Program-made: the position numbers and the translations under genes
Part shown: one piece after another, positions 13,000-27,478 of the stretch
Layout: the number at the start of each line of letters is the position of its first letter
Numbering within the stretch: the first letter of the stretch is position 1
From: Octopus vulgaris
Taxonomy: Eukaryota
Reading direction: 5' to 3'
Assembly: GCA_951406725.2 (NCBI GenBank)
Contig: OX597824.1
Coordinates: forward strand, 62,124,001-62,188,000
Length of the DNA stretch: 64,000 bases
The notes under the pieces: generated by a model
What the model saw: the letters and a program-made list of their open reading frames with translations, nothing else
What the model was told of the DNA's origin: nothing
Databases searched by the model: none

Positions 13000-13830
13000 T
13001 GTGTCCCCTCTATGCAAACCCTATGAAACAAAAAAAATATGTACAGTGTGTCATGCACCACATGCAATACTCTGGATATAATCAGAAAAACCGGATTTGG
13101 GTATCCAGGGAAGCAAGAAAGAAGGTAGATAGCATTTTATGTAATGAAAGCAGTGGTTCCTACCCCAGATACACAAGTAAATAGTGCAATAGGATACAGA
13201 AAGTCTGTGACAAAGTCAGCAGACTGAATTATTGGTACAAGGATAACAAATATCAAGGATTGATGTTTGTAGGGGACACAGCCCAATGAGAACTATTCCG
13301 AAGAATTAGGGAAGGTCTGAAGGAGACCAAGCTCAACATTAAAATCGTTGCAAAGCCAGGGAGCTTCATCAGATCACTGCTATGTAGGAGCTACCCCTTT
13401 GAGAATAACATAACACATGCACCAATGAAAACTGCATGGTATGTAAGATTAACCCTGGCGTTAACTGTAGAACTAGAAATGTACTTTACAGCATAAAGTG
13501 TATAGAGTTTGCTTGTAAAGACAAAAACATGACATACATTGGTGAGACATCTAGAAGCATTCCGCAGAGACTAAATAATCATTTAAACGGCGGTGCATCA
13601 GCATGGCCGCAGCTCTGAGCTAAAACTAGAGAAAAAATATGACAACAACAAACATGCCTCCATACTCCAACCTGCCAAAGACCAACATCGAGGTACACTG
13701 GATCGAATTGATGTCTGCATTTTATCCAAGCACCCGAAGGACCTAGCACTCAGATAAATGCAGGAATACGTCCTCATAAATGAAATATTCCCTCTACTAA
13801 ATAGGATATACACATAGAAGGTAGTGATAC
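13000..13830 (+). mobile_element. Penelope-like element remnant (GIY-YIG)
   Basis: CRTRNVLYSIKC...TYIGETSRSIPQRLNNH. Confidence 0.85.
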
Positions 13831-13915
13831 CCTAATACCCACAGTTTATACATACAGCTTTTTTGTAGGCGAATATATGTATATAAGTAGATATATGTAG
13901 GTAACTGGATATGTA

Positions 13916-15209
13916 CAGGGTGGGGAAGCAAAATCTACAATGAACGTTAAGTTGTTGTTTTTTTTTTTCTGTGGAGGCACCAAGTCAATTGTTTTGAAAC
14001 CTAGCATATATTGATGTCATACTCATACCTAACACTATTATTCTTACCTTTTCAGAAACGTTTGCCCATATGAGTAATCAGGAAAGCAAAAGTCAAAGAG
14101 TGTGATTTTCTGAATGCACTCGTCACACCAAAGGAGATTTCAAAAATAGTTGGAGTGTCCATAAAGACTATTTATAATGTAAAGAATAGAATGACTATGA
14201 GCAAAACTATTACAAGGAAGTCTGGAAGTTGAGGAATCAACAAAAAATGTACCAAAGATTTTATTAAAGGCCTCAAATCCAAAATCCTAAAGGTTCCAAC
14301 TAAATCCATGAGAAAAATGGCAATTGAACTTGAAGTAGACAACATGACCATTAGAAATGCAGTAAAATATGATTTGAGGTAAAAACCATACACAAGAACA
14401 CCAAAACACTAGTTGACAACAGCTATGAAGGAAAAGAGATTGGAGAGGTGCAAGAAAATTATTACATGGTTCAAGAAAAAGTCCTCCATTGTAACGATCC
14501 TTTCAGATGAAAAAATCTTCACTGTCGATGCTGTTCTGAACAGCAGAAATGTCGGATTTATCGCAAAATCAACAGCTGAGGTTAAGGGGACATTCAATAC
14601 AAAAGATCCTGCTCAAGTTATGGCTTTTGATGTTGTGGCTTCCGATAGAAAGGAAATGCCTATAAAATTCTACAAAGCTGATGAAAAGATCAATGTTAAT
14701 ACTCACTACAAGACTCTGAGATACAAGGTATTGCCATGGCTTAAAGAAAACTGTCCACATGGTAACTATGTATGGACACAGGATGGTGCTCCAGCCCACA
14801 CAGCTAGAAAAATACAAGATTTCTGCAAATACCACTTTAGCATTTTTTGGGAATCATGTTTATAGCCGCCTTCTAGCCCAGATCTAAACTCTCTGGACTA
14901 TGCTACTTGGGGTATTTTAGAACATGCCACCAATAGAACATCACACAGCAATGTCGACTCTCTTAACGATACGATTAAAGAAGAATGGGAGAAGTTGTCT
15001 CCCGAATATTTGAGGAACGCCTGTGCAAGTTTCCGGAAGCGTGTGAAGGCAGTTATTGAGAAATGAGGAGGATACAGAATAAAAACATTTTCTATTATGT
15101 AAATTGTCTTGTGGCAAATAAATTCTCATGACTTTCAGTAAACAAATTGGTCATACACTGACTTTCAATCCCTGCCTCAAAATATTGTAAATTTTGCTTC
15201 GCCACCCTG
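13916..15209 (+). mobile_element. Full-length Tc1/mariner DD37D (maT) transposon, transposase disrupted
   Basis: 26-bp imperfect TIRs CAGGGTGGGGAAGCAAAATCTACAAT / ATTGTAAATTTTGCTTCGCCACCCTG; TA TSD on both sides. Confidence 0.95.
14070..15082 (+). pseudogene. DD37D transposase pseudogene
   Basis: SDEKIF, WTQDGAPAH, *PPSSPDLNSLDY; 37 residues between the 2nd and 3rd Asp; frameshift and stops. Confidence 0.9.
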
Positions 15210-15452
15210 TAGACAAACAGGTACATAGGTAGTTAGATAGATACATCAGAAATAAGGACAGATATGCATATACGCATGCACACACGCACATACTCAAAAG
15301 GAGACAGAAACATATGACCATATACACTCACGCCCACCCCCCACACACATGCACACATACAAGCACACAATAATACACACACAAACGCATGAATATGCAG
15401 AATTCAAACAAACGTACACACACGCATACATATATATACATACACACACAAA

Positions 15453-15500
<48 letters not shown>

Positions 15501-15729
15501 CGCACGCATGCATGCATACATCCATATGTGTATACGCATGTACATTGACGCACACACATGCGCACAAACAAACATACAAAAAGAACGCAGCTCCGATAAT
15601 GGACAGAATGAACGACTATTGAATCAATTGGAAGAAGCAACGAAAATTTTTCAAACATGTGTGGAAATTTAACCGGTGAGTTTGTTAATTAATAAGGTAT
15701 TAAATCAGAATGACACTCCCCATACACAG

Positions 15730-15776
<47 letters not shown>

Positions 15777-15805
15777 GTGTATATGTGTGTGTGTATGTAT
15801 GTGTG

Positions 15806-15889
<84 letters not shown>

Positions 15890-17723
15890 GGATTTATAAT
15901 CATATTTATACGGACTGTATATTCTTTATTTCCAATTTAGCAATAACCGCTTTCTATTTACGTACTTCTGAATATAATTTCTATACCCACAGATGCTACT
16001 TCGTAATTATCTTCTGATATATATCTACCAATGTGCAGAGTTAGATTCTAGCTGAAATTATACTATTTTCTTACAATACTGAAAATCTCTTCCTGTATAT
16101 GCCTTTATTAACACTAATACATTTTCCTTTGCTCTTTGCTTGCGTTGGTATATTTTTATAGACCCATAGTCTGTATTTTATAGTCTCCTTCTTTTAGTAT
16201 TTGGCCTACTTTTCTTCTCTGTATGCTGATTAGATCTATCAGCTTATGAAATGTAGCCATAGAACGCTATCGGCTTTCTATTTCCCTCTCTGAGATACTC
16301 CATTCAATTTCCAATTATTCATATGTAATCTGTGTTTATAAATTGGGATATATGTTTATTCTTCTTAGCTTGCTCATAGCTGTGAATTATCGTCTTTCAA
16401 TTTTTATTAGTATGACACTCCTTCATGTCTCGTAATCTTGAGATCCCCTCTCCCATTATCAAACTTCTCTACACCTAAGTAAGTGCTTATGTTGTATTTT
16501 TTTTCTTAATAACAGAATCTAGTTCAATATTCTGTTTTGTTTGCTGTTCTATAATTACATTTAGCACAATTGTGAAGCCAAATATTCACTTTCGTATCAA
16601 AGCTGAAGATGTAAACACTTTTAGCTGGTTCCTCAGATTGGTATTATCATTTGCATATTGTTTTATATAATCAACGAAAAGTAAACATGTTAGCGTAGAA
16701 GTTACAGTTATTGGTTTCATTCACTATAGGTTTTAATGAAACCAATACTAGGTAAGAAAGGGGAGGAATAGTAGACTGTGTGTCTGTCTCTGAATCTATC
16801 TCTCTATTTCTCTCTCCCTCCTTTTCTCTCTCTCTCTCTCTATCTCTCTCTGTATCACGCACACACACAAGCGCACAAACAAACAGACACACATGCATTC
16901 TCTATTTCTCTCTCTCGTTCATAGTGTCCTTTTGGTAAAGGATTTTACAAATCTTCCTTTATCTCTGTGGTGGTATAATAGATTCAATTCCCTGTTTTTC
17001 GCGCTCCATTAGAACTGGAGTTGTTTTAATCATATTGAATGTTACCAATATTCATCACTGCCATGGTATGCTCGGATATGCTTTCAAATCGAATATTTTC
17101 GGAAACTATTCTATACCCTGCTAAGTTGCTACGTTAATTTTTGTCTTTTTTCTCTCCGATTTCGAACGATTTACTTTTCCTAAGCAGCTGTCCTTTACAT
17201 GATATAGCCATTGCCGACACACTTTATGCTCCTTTGGTAAGATAAGATATAATTGTTTTCCAGGTGAGCAATAAACTTGTTGTAGAGTATAGACGTTCTG
17301 CATTATTAGAAGAAGAAAAAAAAAACTTCAGGGCTTGTACTTCGGAGGCCTTTGTGATTTAGTTTGTGAGAATCTATATTGCGATCCTCTCTAGGCATAA
17401 GGTGAAATTGCACTTCTCTTTAATTCATTAAAGCTGATATCATATTTTGATTAGTTGTTCTAACACAAATAAGGGGCTTTGTGAATCTGTTGGATGGGGA
17501 TCTAAGTTGCTCAGTTCTTTGAATTCCTTATGGGATTGCTTATATCCTTGCTAGATACGATAGGTCATAGTTGATGCTTTATTGAATATTCACCTTTCAT
17601 CATTTCACATTATAAATATAGTGGATGTTCCTTCTTTCATATTTTTTCACAAAATATTCATGAGCTTTTTCTCAGGTTGGCGTGCATACAGTATCATATT
17701 TATTAATGCTATTGTTGTTGTTG

Positions 17724-17945
<222 letters not shown>

Positions 17946-18013
17946 TTATTATTATTGTTGTTGTTGTTGTTATTATCATTATTATTATCATTATTATTAT
18001 TATTATTATTATA

Positions 18014-18049
<36 letters not shown>

Positions 18050-18956
18050 TTTCCTTCTTTCTTCGAATTTTCTTCCGTTTCTCGCCGAGTGTTTTCCGTA
18101 CACCTAGGGTAGAGAAGCTCATTCTATGCATTCCCAGATTAAACTAGCAAATTCACAGATAAAATGTGTATTTAAAAAATTAATGAATAAATAAAGTCAT
18201 GAATGGATGTTGTTTTAACAGCGATAATGCTCTTCTCAGTACATGAGCCGTTCCAGTTAACACGAATTTTTGCACTTCCTATAGGGATGGTAAGCCTGGT
18301 ATCATTTTCAAATATGTTTCAGTACCTTTTTTTATCATTCCTAGAGATCCTACAACCACTGGTACTGTAGTCACCTTGAGATGCCACATTTTTTCAATTT
18401 CTATTAGCAAGTTTTTATATTTACTAATCTTGTCAAATTCTTTCGCCGCTACATTGTGATCGCAAAGAATACTCATGTCAATTAATAAACACATCCTTTT
18501 TTTCTGATCTTTTCTGATAATATCCGGTTTATTAGCTTTCATAATTTTGCCGGTATGTACGGAGAAGTCCCATAGAATCGACACACTTTCTCCCTCAGTC
18601 ACAGTTTCAGGATGGTGTTCATACCATTTGTCAGCGGTTTTGATTTTAAATGCCGACGTTGTCCAGTGTAAATACTGGTCGACTCTGTCATATCTTGCTT
18701 TATATTCTGCAAGTTCTAAGACTCTACACTCTGAGATTAGGTGGTCTATTGTTTCAATCCCATCGTTACAGAATCAGCAATTTGGGTCAGCTCCATTTTT
18801 TATCACATTGGCTTGGTAATAATAATAACAACAACAACAATAATAATAATATAAGGGAAAATGTTATTAGGAACAGCTAGGATACTTAGGAGGATTCTTG
18901 GCATCCGATGTAGGATTTTTTTTTGTTTTCTAATAGTTTAATATGTTGTGGGTATA

Positions 18957-19028
<72 letters not shown>

Positions 19029-20630
19029 GTTCTTGAGAAGCTAATATGAAACCTTCACTCTCCCCTTTTAGCCATGCAAATCCGCAAGCTACTGACATGT
19101 AATAAGGTGCAACATCCAAAGGCAGCCGTGGATCGTCTTTACCTTCCCAGAGCTCAGAGAGGACGAGGTTTGATCCAGCTTGAACTTACGTACAAAACTA
19201 CCACAATCGGATGGCCAAATACCTGCGTGTGTTTCAGGTCGACATCAGCTTGTTTGCTACGGGCCAAATACTTTCTGTTCCCATCTGCTAGCTAATTTTT
19301 CATGCGCTTTTGTCTTTACAATCAATTTTATTTTCTTTGCAGCAACAGTTATCGCATTTCCTTCAGCCTCATCAATCTGATAGGTATCAAAGTGATCAGT
19401 AGCGAATGTTTTGCTCTCTTTCAGAATAGTGAAGTTTTTCGGTCGTTCATGTTTTTCAACAAGTTTTAGCATCCAATCGTTGGTTGCATAAAGGTATTTG
19501 GCCATCCGATTGTGGTAGTTTTGTACGTAAGTTCAAGCTGGATCAAACCTCGTCCTCTCTGAGCACTGGGAAGGTAAAGACGATCCACGGCTGCCTTTGG
19601 ATGTTGCACCTTATTACAAGTCAGTAGCTTGCGGATTTTCCTGTCAATTTTTATTATTTCACTGGTATTCCAGTTAAGCACATTGAAGCTATAAAGAACA
19701 ACTGGGACTGCTAAGGTATTTATGGCTAACACCTTATTATATTCATTCAGGATTGCTCGGACTCTTCTATAACATTCCTTCGTAACCTTCTCTTTCATGC
19801 TTGCATGCTGGATACTAGAGCCTTCATTTATTCCTAGGTATTCATAGGTTTGTTCCTGCTCAAGTTCCTTCATTACTATTTCGACATCTAATTCGATTGA
19901 ACTTGACTTAGAATGATATAATTGGAGCTTCGTGTTCCATAGTGACATATTATACTTTAAAAAATCTGAAATCACAGGAGAAATTTTGAAAATGTCCAGC
20001 GATTTCATAATCCATGAATGTGGTATGATGTCAAAGGTTTTTTTGTAATCAATCCATGAAGAGCTGAGATTTCTGCGCTTGTAATGGCAGATCTCAAGGA
20101 TCATGCGATTAATTAGGAGCTGATCTTTGCATCCGTATGAGCCTCGTCTGCATTCTTTTTGTTCGGTGGGAAAGAGGCCATTCTCTTCCATAAACATATA
20201 TGATTTCTCCACTAGGATAGATGTCAAAATTTTATAGGTAGTAGACAAACATGTTATAGGCTGGTAGTTTTTTTGGTCTTTCGTTTTGGGGAGGAGGTAA
20301 GTAATACCATTTGTCATCCAATGGGGAGTTTTTTCCGGGTCTTTCATAATACTACTAAATAGCATTACTAACATTTTGTGTGCGGACGAGAGTGATGAGA
20401 GCCAGGAATGTGTTACTCTGTCAATACCAGGGGATTTCCACTTATGAGCCTTCGTTAGTGCCCTCCTTAGGTCGGCGATTGAGAAGTCTTCCCATACCTG
20501 TTCTTTTAGATTTTTGCAGGCATCTTGGGTGCGTTTGATCCAGTCTGCATTTTCAATGTATGGTTTCTCATCACTCCAGATCTCTTTCCAAAAGTTTTCA
20601 ACTTCTTTCATTAGGGGTGGATTTTCAATG
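18050..20630 (-). mobile_element. Dong/R4-clade LINE (RT + CCHC + RLE), 5'-truncated and rearranged, in (TAA)n
   Basis: WKSPGID, NYQPITCL, WIDYKKTFD, YEYLG, LYLP..QRGRGL, ILWDF...KPDII..LLID..KY motifs. Confidence 0.95.
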
Positions 20631-20777
<147 letters not shown>

Positions 20778-20793
20778 TTTATTATTTTTATTA

Positions 20794-20874
<81 letters not shown>

Positions 20875-21900
20875 GTTTGACTTTTGATTAGTATTTGTAC
20901 AAGTTGGCTCCAAGTCTCACCCAGAGACCTCAAGAAACAACTAGTTAGAAGTTCCTGTTGGTGTTATGCCTAAGGTGTCATATATTTGATTCTGCACATA
21001 GTATTCTTCTAGAGAATGTTTAAGAAAACAGAAGAAAATTATGAGATTGTTTTAAAATTTGAGATTAGACAGTATTTTACTTAGGATATAAGCAATCTTA
21101 TGGATGAGTACAATCTTTTGGATTTCTGCCATTTTGGGGTTTCCTGGTATCTGAGCTAGGTAACAATCATCCCCTTTTATTCTAATTCATAGGGCACCTA
21201 TGACAACAGGAATCGTTTTAGTCTTCAGGTTCCACATTTTGCCAATTTCTATTTCAAGATATTTATATTTGCTCAGTTTGTGGTAGTCTTGGCAGATATA
21301 TTTATATGCATTGGGACGGACATTCATAGCAATGAGGAGGTATGATTTTTGTCTGAAGTCTTTCAATATTATGTCTTGCCTATTCACATCTATATATTTT
21401 GTACGGTGAAGTTCTACAGGAGTGAGATGTGATCATTGCCAAGCACTGGAGGTGGTTTGTGTTCCCGCCAGTTTTTATCGCGGGGCAGGTCCACGTTTTT
21501 GCAAATTACCCAGTGAATATATTGTGCTGTTCTATCATGCCGGTTCAGATACTCTTTAGGTGCAAGAAGTTTGCACATGGAGATAACATAACCAATGTTT
21601 TCATTTTGTTGTTGACATACACGACATGGTGGGCTACTACTGTTCTTTAATATCTTTGCCTGGTAGTTTCATGTAGGTAGGCATTGATCTTGGGCTGCAA
21701 TGATAACCCCTTCTGTTTCTGATTTTAAGCCATAGGCCACTAATAATTGATGGGTAATGACTTTGTCAGCAACGGCACTATTAGCTCTCGTTGGATATTT
21801 GCCACTGAAAGATTTTTCTTACCATTTATCAGTAAGAATATCTACGGCAGCAGTTTAGCATGGGTTTTCATACGCTTAGCTTTTTCTGTGCTTGTTTTAG
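20875..21900 (-). mobile_element. Dong/R4 LINE 3' remnant (second family)
   Basis: GLKSETEGV, RQDII..LLI..KYKYLEIEIGKMWNLKTKTIPVVIGAL. Confidence 0.85.
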
Positions 21901-22403
21901 TACGTCTAATTCTGGAATTGGTTGTATTCTATTAAAATACCTCGTTTACCTGCGTGTCTTTCGACATTTTCTGATACGATTCTCATAGGACTTCTACTTC
22001 TAATATAAAAATTATTAATAGTCTACTTCTATGTTGTAAGTTATTTAGTTTTTCATGATTCATATTAGACCTCCCCAATTTTAAGTGAAGATAGGTTTCA
22101 ACGATTTCTATAAAATAATTGAATGAATATCTTTCCTCCACTTATATGAAACTCATTTTCCCTATCACTCTGTTTAAATATGGAATTTGCTTCCGTAAGA
22201 AAAGTTCCAAACTAGTCTTTTGAGGGACTGATTCTTTTGCACAGCTTGGACAATTATTAGATTCATCGAGGTTTATCGATTTCTGATGGAATCCTCTACG
22301 ACTTCACCTGACGCTTGTCATTGCCAACACATTTCAATCTAAATAACAGTGTACGTGTTCTTTTCTTCGTGTATATTGACAAAATGTAGCTGCAATTTCT
22401 AGA

Positions 22404-22705
22404 GTGGCTTCGTGGGAAGAGGTTTTCTCCCTAACCACCTGGTTTCTGGTGCTGTCCCAATGTGTGAAACCGTGTCTTCTACAATAGCCCGGGCTGACCG
22501 AAGCATTGTGAGTGTATTTGATCCCCACAAACTCGTGGCAAACACAATAAGTTTGTTTGCACCCCATACCTTAGAGGTTCGGCAAAATGTCCGACTGAAT
22601 ATAAACTTCAAACAAAAGAAGTATTAAGGTCATTTTTTCGACTAAAACCTTTCGGGCCTGCAAAGTAGCATGGCCGCGTTCCGATACTTGAGACCAGTAA
22701 AAGAT
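22404..22705 (+). mobile_element. SINE family B, degenerate
   Basis: Similar to the head and tail of the 41774 and 56018 copies. Confidence 0.7.
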
Positions 22706-23931
22706 GAATGACGAGATCGTCAGAGGTTCGTTATAGTTTCGACTCCTATACAGAACCTGTTAGATATTTTGAATTCCAACTCTAACTGATTTGAGGTGAC
22801 GTGAGCCAATTCGTATGCGAATAAACTTTAAAAGTACTGATTTTATTGTGGTTTTATAGTTCCCTGGATGGTTATTAGTATCAATATAACAAAGTGTATT
22901 ATGTAAGTATATCTTGTGAAAACGTAGTTTTCTCAGGTTCCCTGATATCTTGGTTTTGTGGAATCTTAGATATTTCTTTGCTTGCGCTAAAACGTTCTTT
23001 ATCAGTAACTACTGGGTTTGATTTACATCCATTGTTGTCTGTATCTTGGGGAGGGTATTTCATCTGCAGCACCCATCAAAGTTTTGATGAGTCAACGGAA
23101 TGGCGCATATAACGATTTATGTATTCTTTCGTAAACATTTAGTCAATGATCTGCATTCTTTAAATAAAAAGAATGTATATTTTTTTATGAATCTGTGACT
23201 TTAAATGTTTCTATAAATCAGAAAAGCAATTTAATCAGACAGACGGATTTATACGAAAATGAAACAAAAATAATCAGGGATAGGTTTTGGCTGAGTTATT
23301 TAATATGTAAACTATTGTCTAGTGAAATTAGAAAATATCTTGTAAACAGATTTTATGGTTGTAATTGGGAATATTTTTTCCGTCACAAACTGTGAAAATC
23401 ATTGTTTCAATGTTTACCAATATATTTCAAAACAACCGCACATACCAAGAAAGAAATTATATTTACTTTTGTTTTGTTTTACTCACGACATTTAAGAGAG
23501 CAAGGTTAGATTGATACAAAATCAATGTTGCATATTTTTGCAATATAATATATTTTATAGAAAGTATTTTAAATTGTTTCTATGTGCAAAAGGAAGAAAC
23601 TAACATGGTGTTTATATAAACATTTTCTTTAGGAAGGAATGTAATACGTCAGTGGAGAAGATTATATCCCAAACATTGAACGTAAATGTATATGACTTAT
23701 ATAAGCGAAAGATGCATTTTGTCAAACGTGAAGGTCAACTTAATTATTTAATAAGATGCATTATAGAGACATAATATGCAGCAGAAATGAAAGTCATACC
23801 ATGGACAAAAAAGTATGCATAATTATAGTTATATGTGCATATATATGTGTTTGTGTGTGTATCTATAAACGTATATGGATATGCACACATACACATACAC
23901 ACACACACACATATATATATATATACATATT

Positions 23932-24033
<102 letters not shown>

Positions 24034-24069
24034 CATATATAAAGAGACAGAGAGATGTAGACAGAGATC

Positions 24070-24750
24070 TCGCGAAAGCCAGAGGATCCTGACTAGCACC
24101 ACTTTTGCTAAATATACGTATTAAAACAATTCAAAAGCCACAAATACACTGTCTAAATGTCGGATGAAGGTAGGTAAGTCCCCGGCGTATATAGTCGGAT
24201 CTCGATTTCGGATTTTGATGCAGACCATCATAATCCCAATCAGCGACTCTTAATGTCTAGAGTTAAACTCAATTATATATGTCAGTCTTATAAGAAAAAC
24301 CTTCCAAAACAAGTGCTGGTTTTCAAAACGTTAAAAGTGTAAACAACAAATTAAAAAGAGTGTCTTTTGAGTTCTTTTAAATCATATCTTTAGCAATAGC
24401 GGTACTAGTCAGTAACCTCAGTCACTTTTGTGATGTCTATTAATTTTTCTTTTTGGTTGTAATTCCAAATAAGCCATCCTTTTTAATTTGTTGTTTACAC
24501 TTTTACCGTTTTAAAAATCAGTACATATCTTCAATTGTTTCTCTTATAAGTCTGACAGAGTTAACTGAGTTTAACCCTAGATGTTGAGAGTCTCTGATAT
24601 ATAGATAAAGTTGGCCTACATTCGACTATTCACGCTAGGGGAGTTATCTCCCTTTACTAATCAGTAAGACAGTACTTTTATCGCTTTTGAGTCGTTTGGC
24701 TGTTCTTCTTGGCAAAAGCGGAGCTAGTCAGTCCCATCTGTCACTTTTGT
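24070..24750. repeat. Old long inverted repeat (~280-bp arms) with an internal partial third copy
   Basis: aaaagtgtaaacaacaaattaaaaag versus ctttttaatttgttgtttacactttt; ctagtcagt..gtcacttttgt occurs twice. Confidence 0.75.
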
Positions 24751-25144
24751 AACCCCCCCTTCATTTTTTCTTTAGGTTCCAAGGGGGGTAATAAGTGATT
24801 CACCATTGATTTATACGGCAAATAAGAAAGTTGAGAGGATATAAAATCGACAGACACCAGGAACTAGGATCCGCATACCCATTCGGTTTTAGTAACAATC
24901 TGCACATTCGCTCATTTGTCCATTTGCTCATTTGCTAAATTACTCCCTTGTTTCTATATGCTTATATGCTACTACACCTTTGTTTATGCAATCACCAACT
25001 TTTTCTACTTGATAATCTGTACCACTAATACATTTGTGTGGACTCATCCAATACATTTGAATAAATACACATACTGGAATGTTTACCAGCTGGTGTCTAT
25101 CGATTGTATGCCCCCTCCACTTTCTTAATTGCCGTATGTGTGTG

Positions 25145-25216
<72 letters not shown>

Positions 25217-25217
<1 letters not shown>

Positions 25218-25710
25218 TCTAGGTCCTCATTTGATTTGTCCCAAAAGATGAAGCAGTCATCGAGGAAGCGTTTCCATCTTTTGGGACAAATCAAATGAGG
25301 ACCTACAAATATTTTATAATATACTCAAAGCACTTCCCCCATGCATCAAATTTACGACAGAAATCAGTTGCAATGAATTTCTATTCCTGGATATTCGCAT
25401 TAAAATACACAACTCCACAGTCATAATCCTAATTAAAAGAACTTTCTACCTCCTCATAAAGTTTATTCTTCCAAGTATCTCATGACCAGGATAGTATTTG
25501 AGGATGCAAAGCTTTGACTCCACCATAGCCGTGCCCTTTTTCTGTCGATATGTTTTATTATCGAATTCTAAAGGTGTCTTCTCCTCCTACCAGGCGCTCT
25601 GGAGCGTCTATTTATCCGTCCTCTATGTTTTTCTACCCAGTGTTTGACTGCTTCCAGGCCCAAAGTGTGAGGTATATTGGTATACAGATTGGTGATGTCA
25701 AAGCTTTGCA
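25217..25710. mobile_element. Rearranged PLE RT fragments
   Basis: (-) WKRFLDDCFIFW; (+) IFWDKSNEDL..IKFT.E...FLDI; (-) SFDITNLYTNIP. Confidence 0.85.
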
Positions 25711-27430
25711 CACTCATATACATGTAATACTGGTTATAGAATATCTCCTTATATATAGATATATCTAGGGAAAATACATATTCCTTATGCTTCCATGTAG
25801 ATGTATATTTGCGCACAAAAATATAAAACAGACACAAATAACCAGGCAAGAAGCATTACAAAAATGGAATATTAATATAGAGTAACATATTGATGAAACC
25901 TAACATTCCCAGTGTCCACTTTAAAATTTCTAGATAGAAAACTAATAAATCAAGCATTAATTCTATCCAATCTGACCTGTTCGATTTGGCTATATGATTT
26001 ATATTGAAACATTTTCTGCAAAAAATAAAACGCTAAAAGGAAATAACATTTTCTACCTAAAGATTTCCAGAATTGGATTTGTCGCATATGTTTACACCTT
26101 TACTTTTACGCTTCTCTAAATTCCTACAACAACAAATTGTCACAGTAGAGCAAGATAATCTTGAAATATGGATGTAGCTTGTCAGATAAAACTGTGTGAC
26201 AGAATAGCATAAGGTACTAAATATATAATTTTGTACTAGGTAATATACAAAATACTAATGATATTTTAAGGACGAATATTAAAAACTAACACACTACAAT
26301 GCAACATGTACGGCGCGCGCGCACACACACACGCACACACACACACACACATACAAACGTATAAATTTAAATTATTCGTATACGCGGGTTTGTGCCCGTT
26401 TGAGTGTGTATGTCTGTGTATGTGTGCGTATGAATATGTATGTGTGTGTATGTGTATGTGTATGTTTATGGTCTTTCCGCGCTTGTGATAGCGCCTGTAT
26501 CCATAATGGTGCGACTATGTACGACGTTATGTTCACGTTGTATCAGCCTTTTATTTCATTTTAATATTGTATCAATAGTATATCCTCATTTCAGACCGTA
26601 ATGTTTCTTATTTTCTTCGTTGTATGCGCTTATATTTTAATCTACAACTTCATCACATATCTTATATTATAGATATGTATTGTTAACAACTTGTCATTCC
26701 TATTTAATGGTTATAGAAAATTGATAAAACAGTAGGAGAGTTACGGAATCCGTAAAGGCATTTTAGAGTGAAAGTATAACTCATTGCGCCACATGTTAAT
26801 TCCTGCGTATCCAATTTCCAATGGACTCATATTTCAGGAGGAAATTATAACTATTAAGCAATGGAAATGCATATGAGATTACAAAAAATATACATCTGCA
26901 TATACAAGTTTTTGTTGCAAAAGGTTGCTCTCAATATGCATTCGATATACATTGATGGACGTCAGTCGATAGGAAGAAAATATATATCCAATCCCTTTAT
27001 TTGAGTAATGATCCGATAGTATACATTCACAATGTCAAATGTATATGATGTATCAGTACTTTTCTATTTGGGTTTTAAAATACGCTCATACCTTTACGCC
27101 TACGAAAACACGTGAACTTTTGCGCATAAAGACACAGCCATAAGTGCATATAATTACTGTCACACATGTACATATGCATGGAATATCATACAACAGGAGT
27201 ACACCAACCCACATGAAAACGGAAAGATACATTCCCATGCACATACATAAATGCATATATAACAAACACATGGGCACACAATTGGTGGGATAAATATATT
27301 CACCTCTCACGTGTTCGGATTTTTATATACTCTCTCTCTCTTTCTCTCTCGCTCTCTCTCTCTCAATATATATATATATATATGAAAAAACAAGTCAAGA
27401 TAGAAAATGGTAAAATAATTTTATAAAGAA

Positions 27431-27478
27431 CATTTCAGTACCGGTTTCAGTCATTTGAGACCTTTTCAACTGTAACAA
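27431..27478 (-). ncRNA. Minimal type I hammerhead with U3/A8 variant core
   Basis: TTACAG-TTGAAAA-GGTC tcaaat GACT-GAAACCGGTA-CTGAAA; palindromic stem III ACCGGT. Confidence 0.65.

Noticed and set aside
16000-17640. Possible ancient LINE debris
   Set aside because: No motif could be read with confidence
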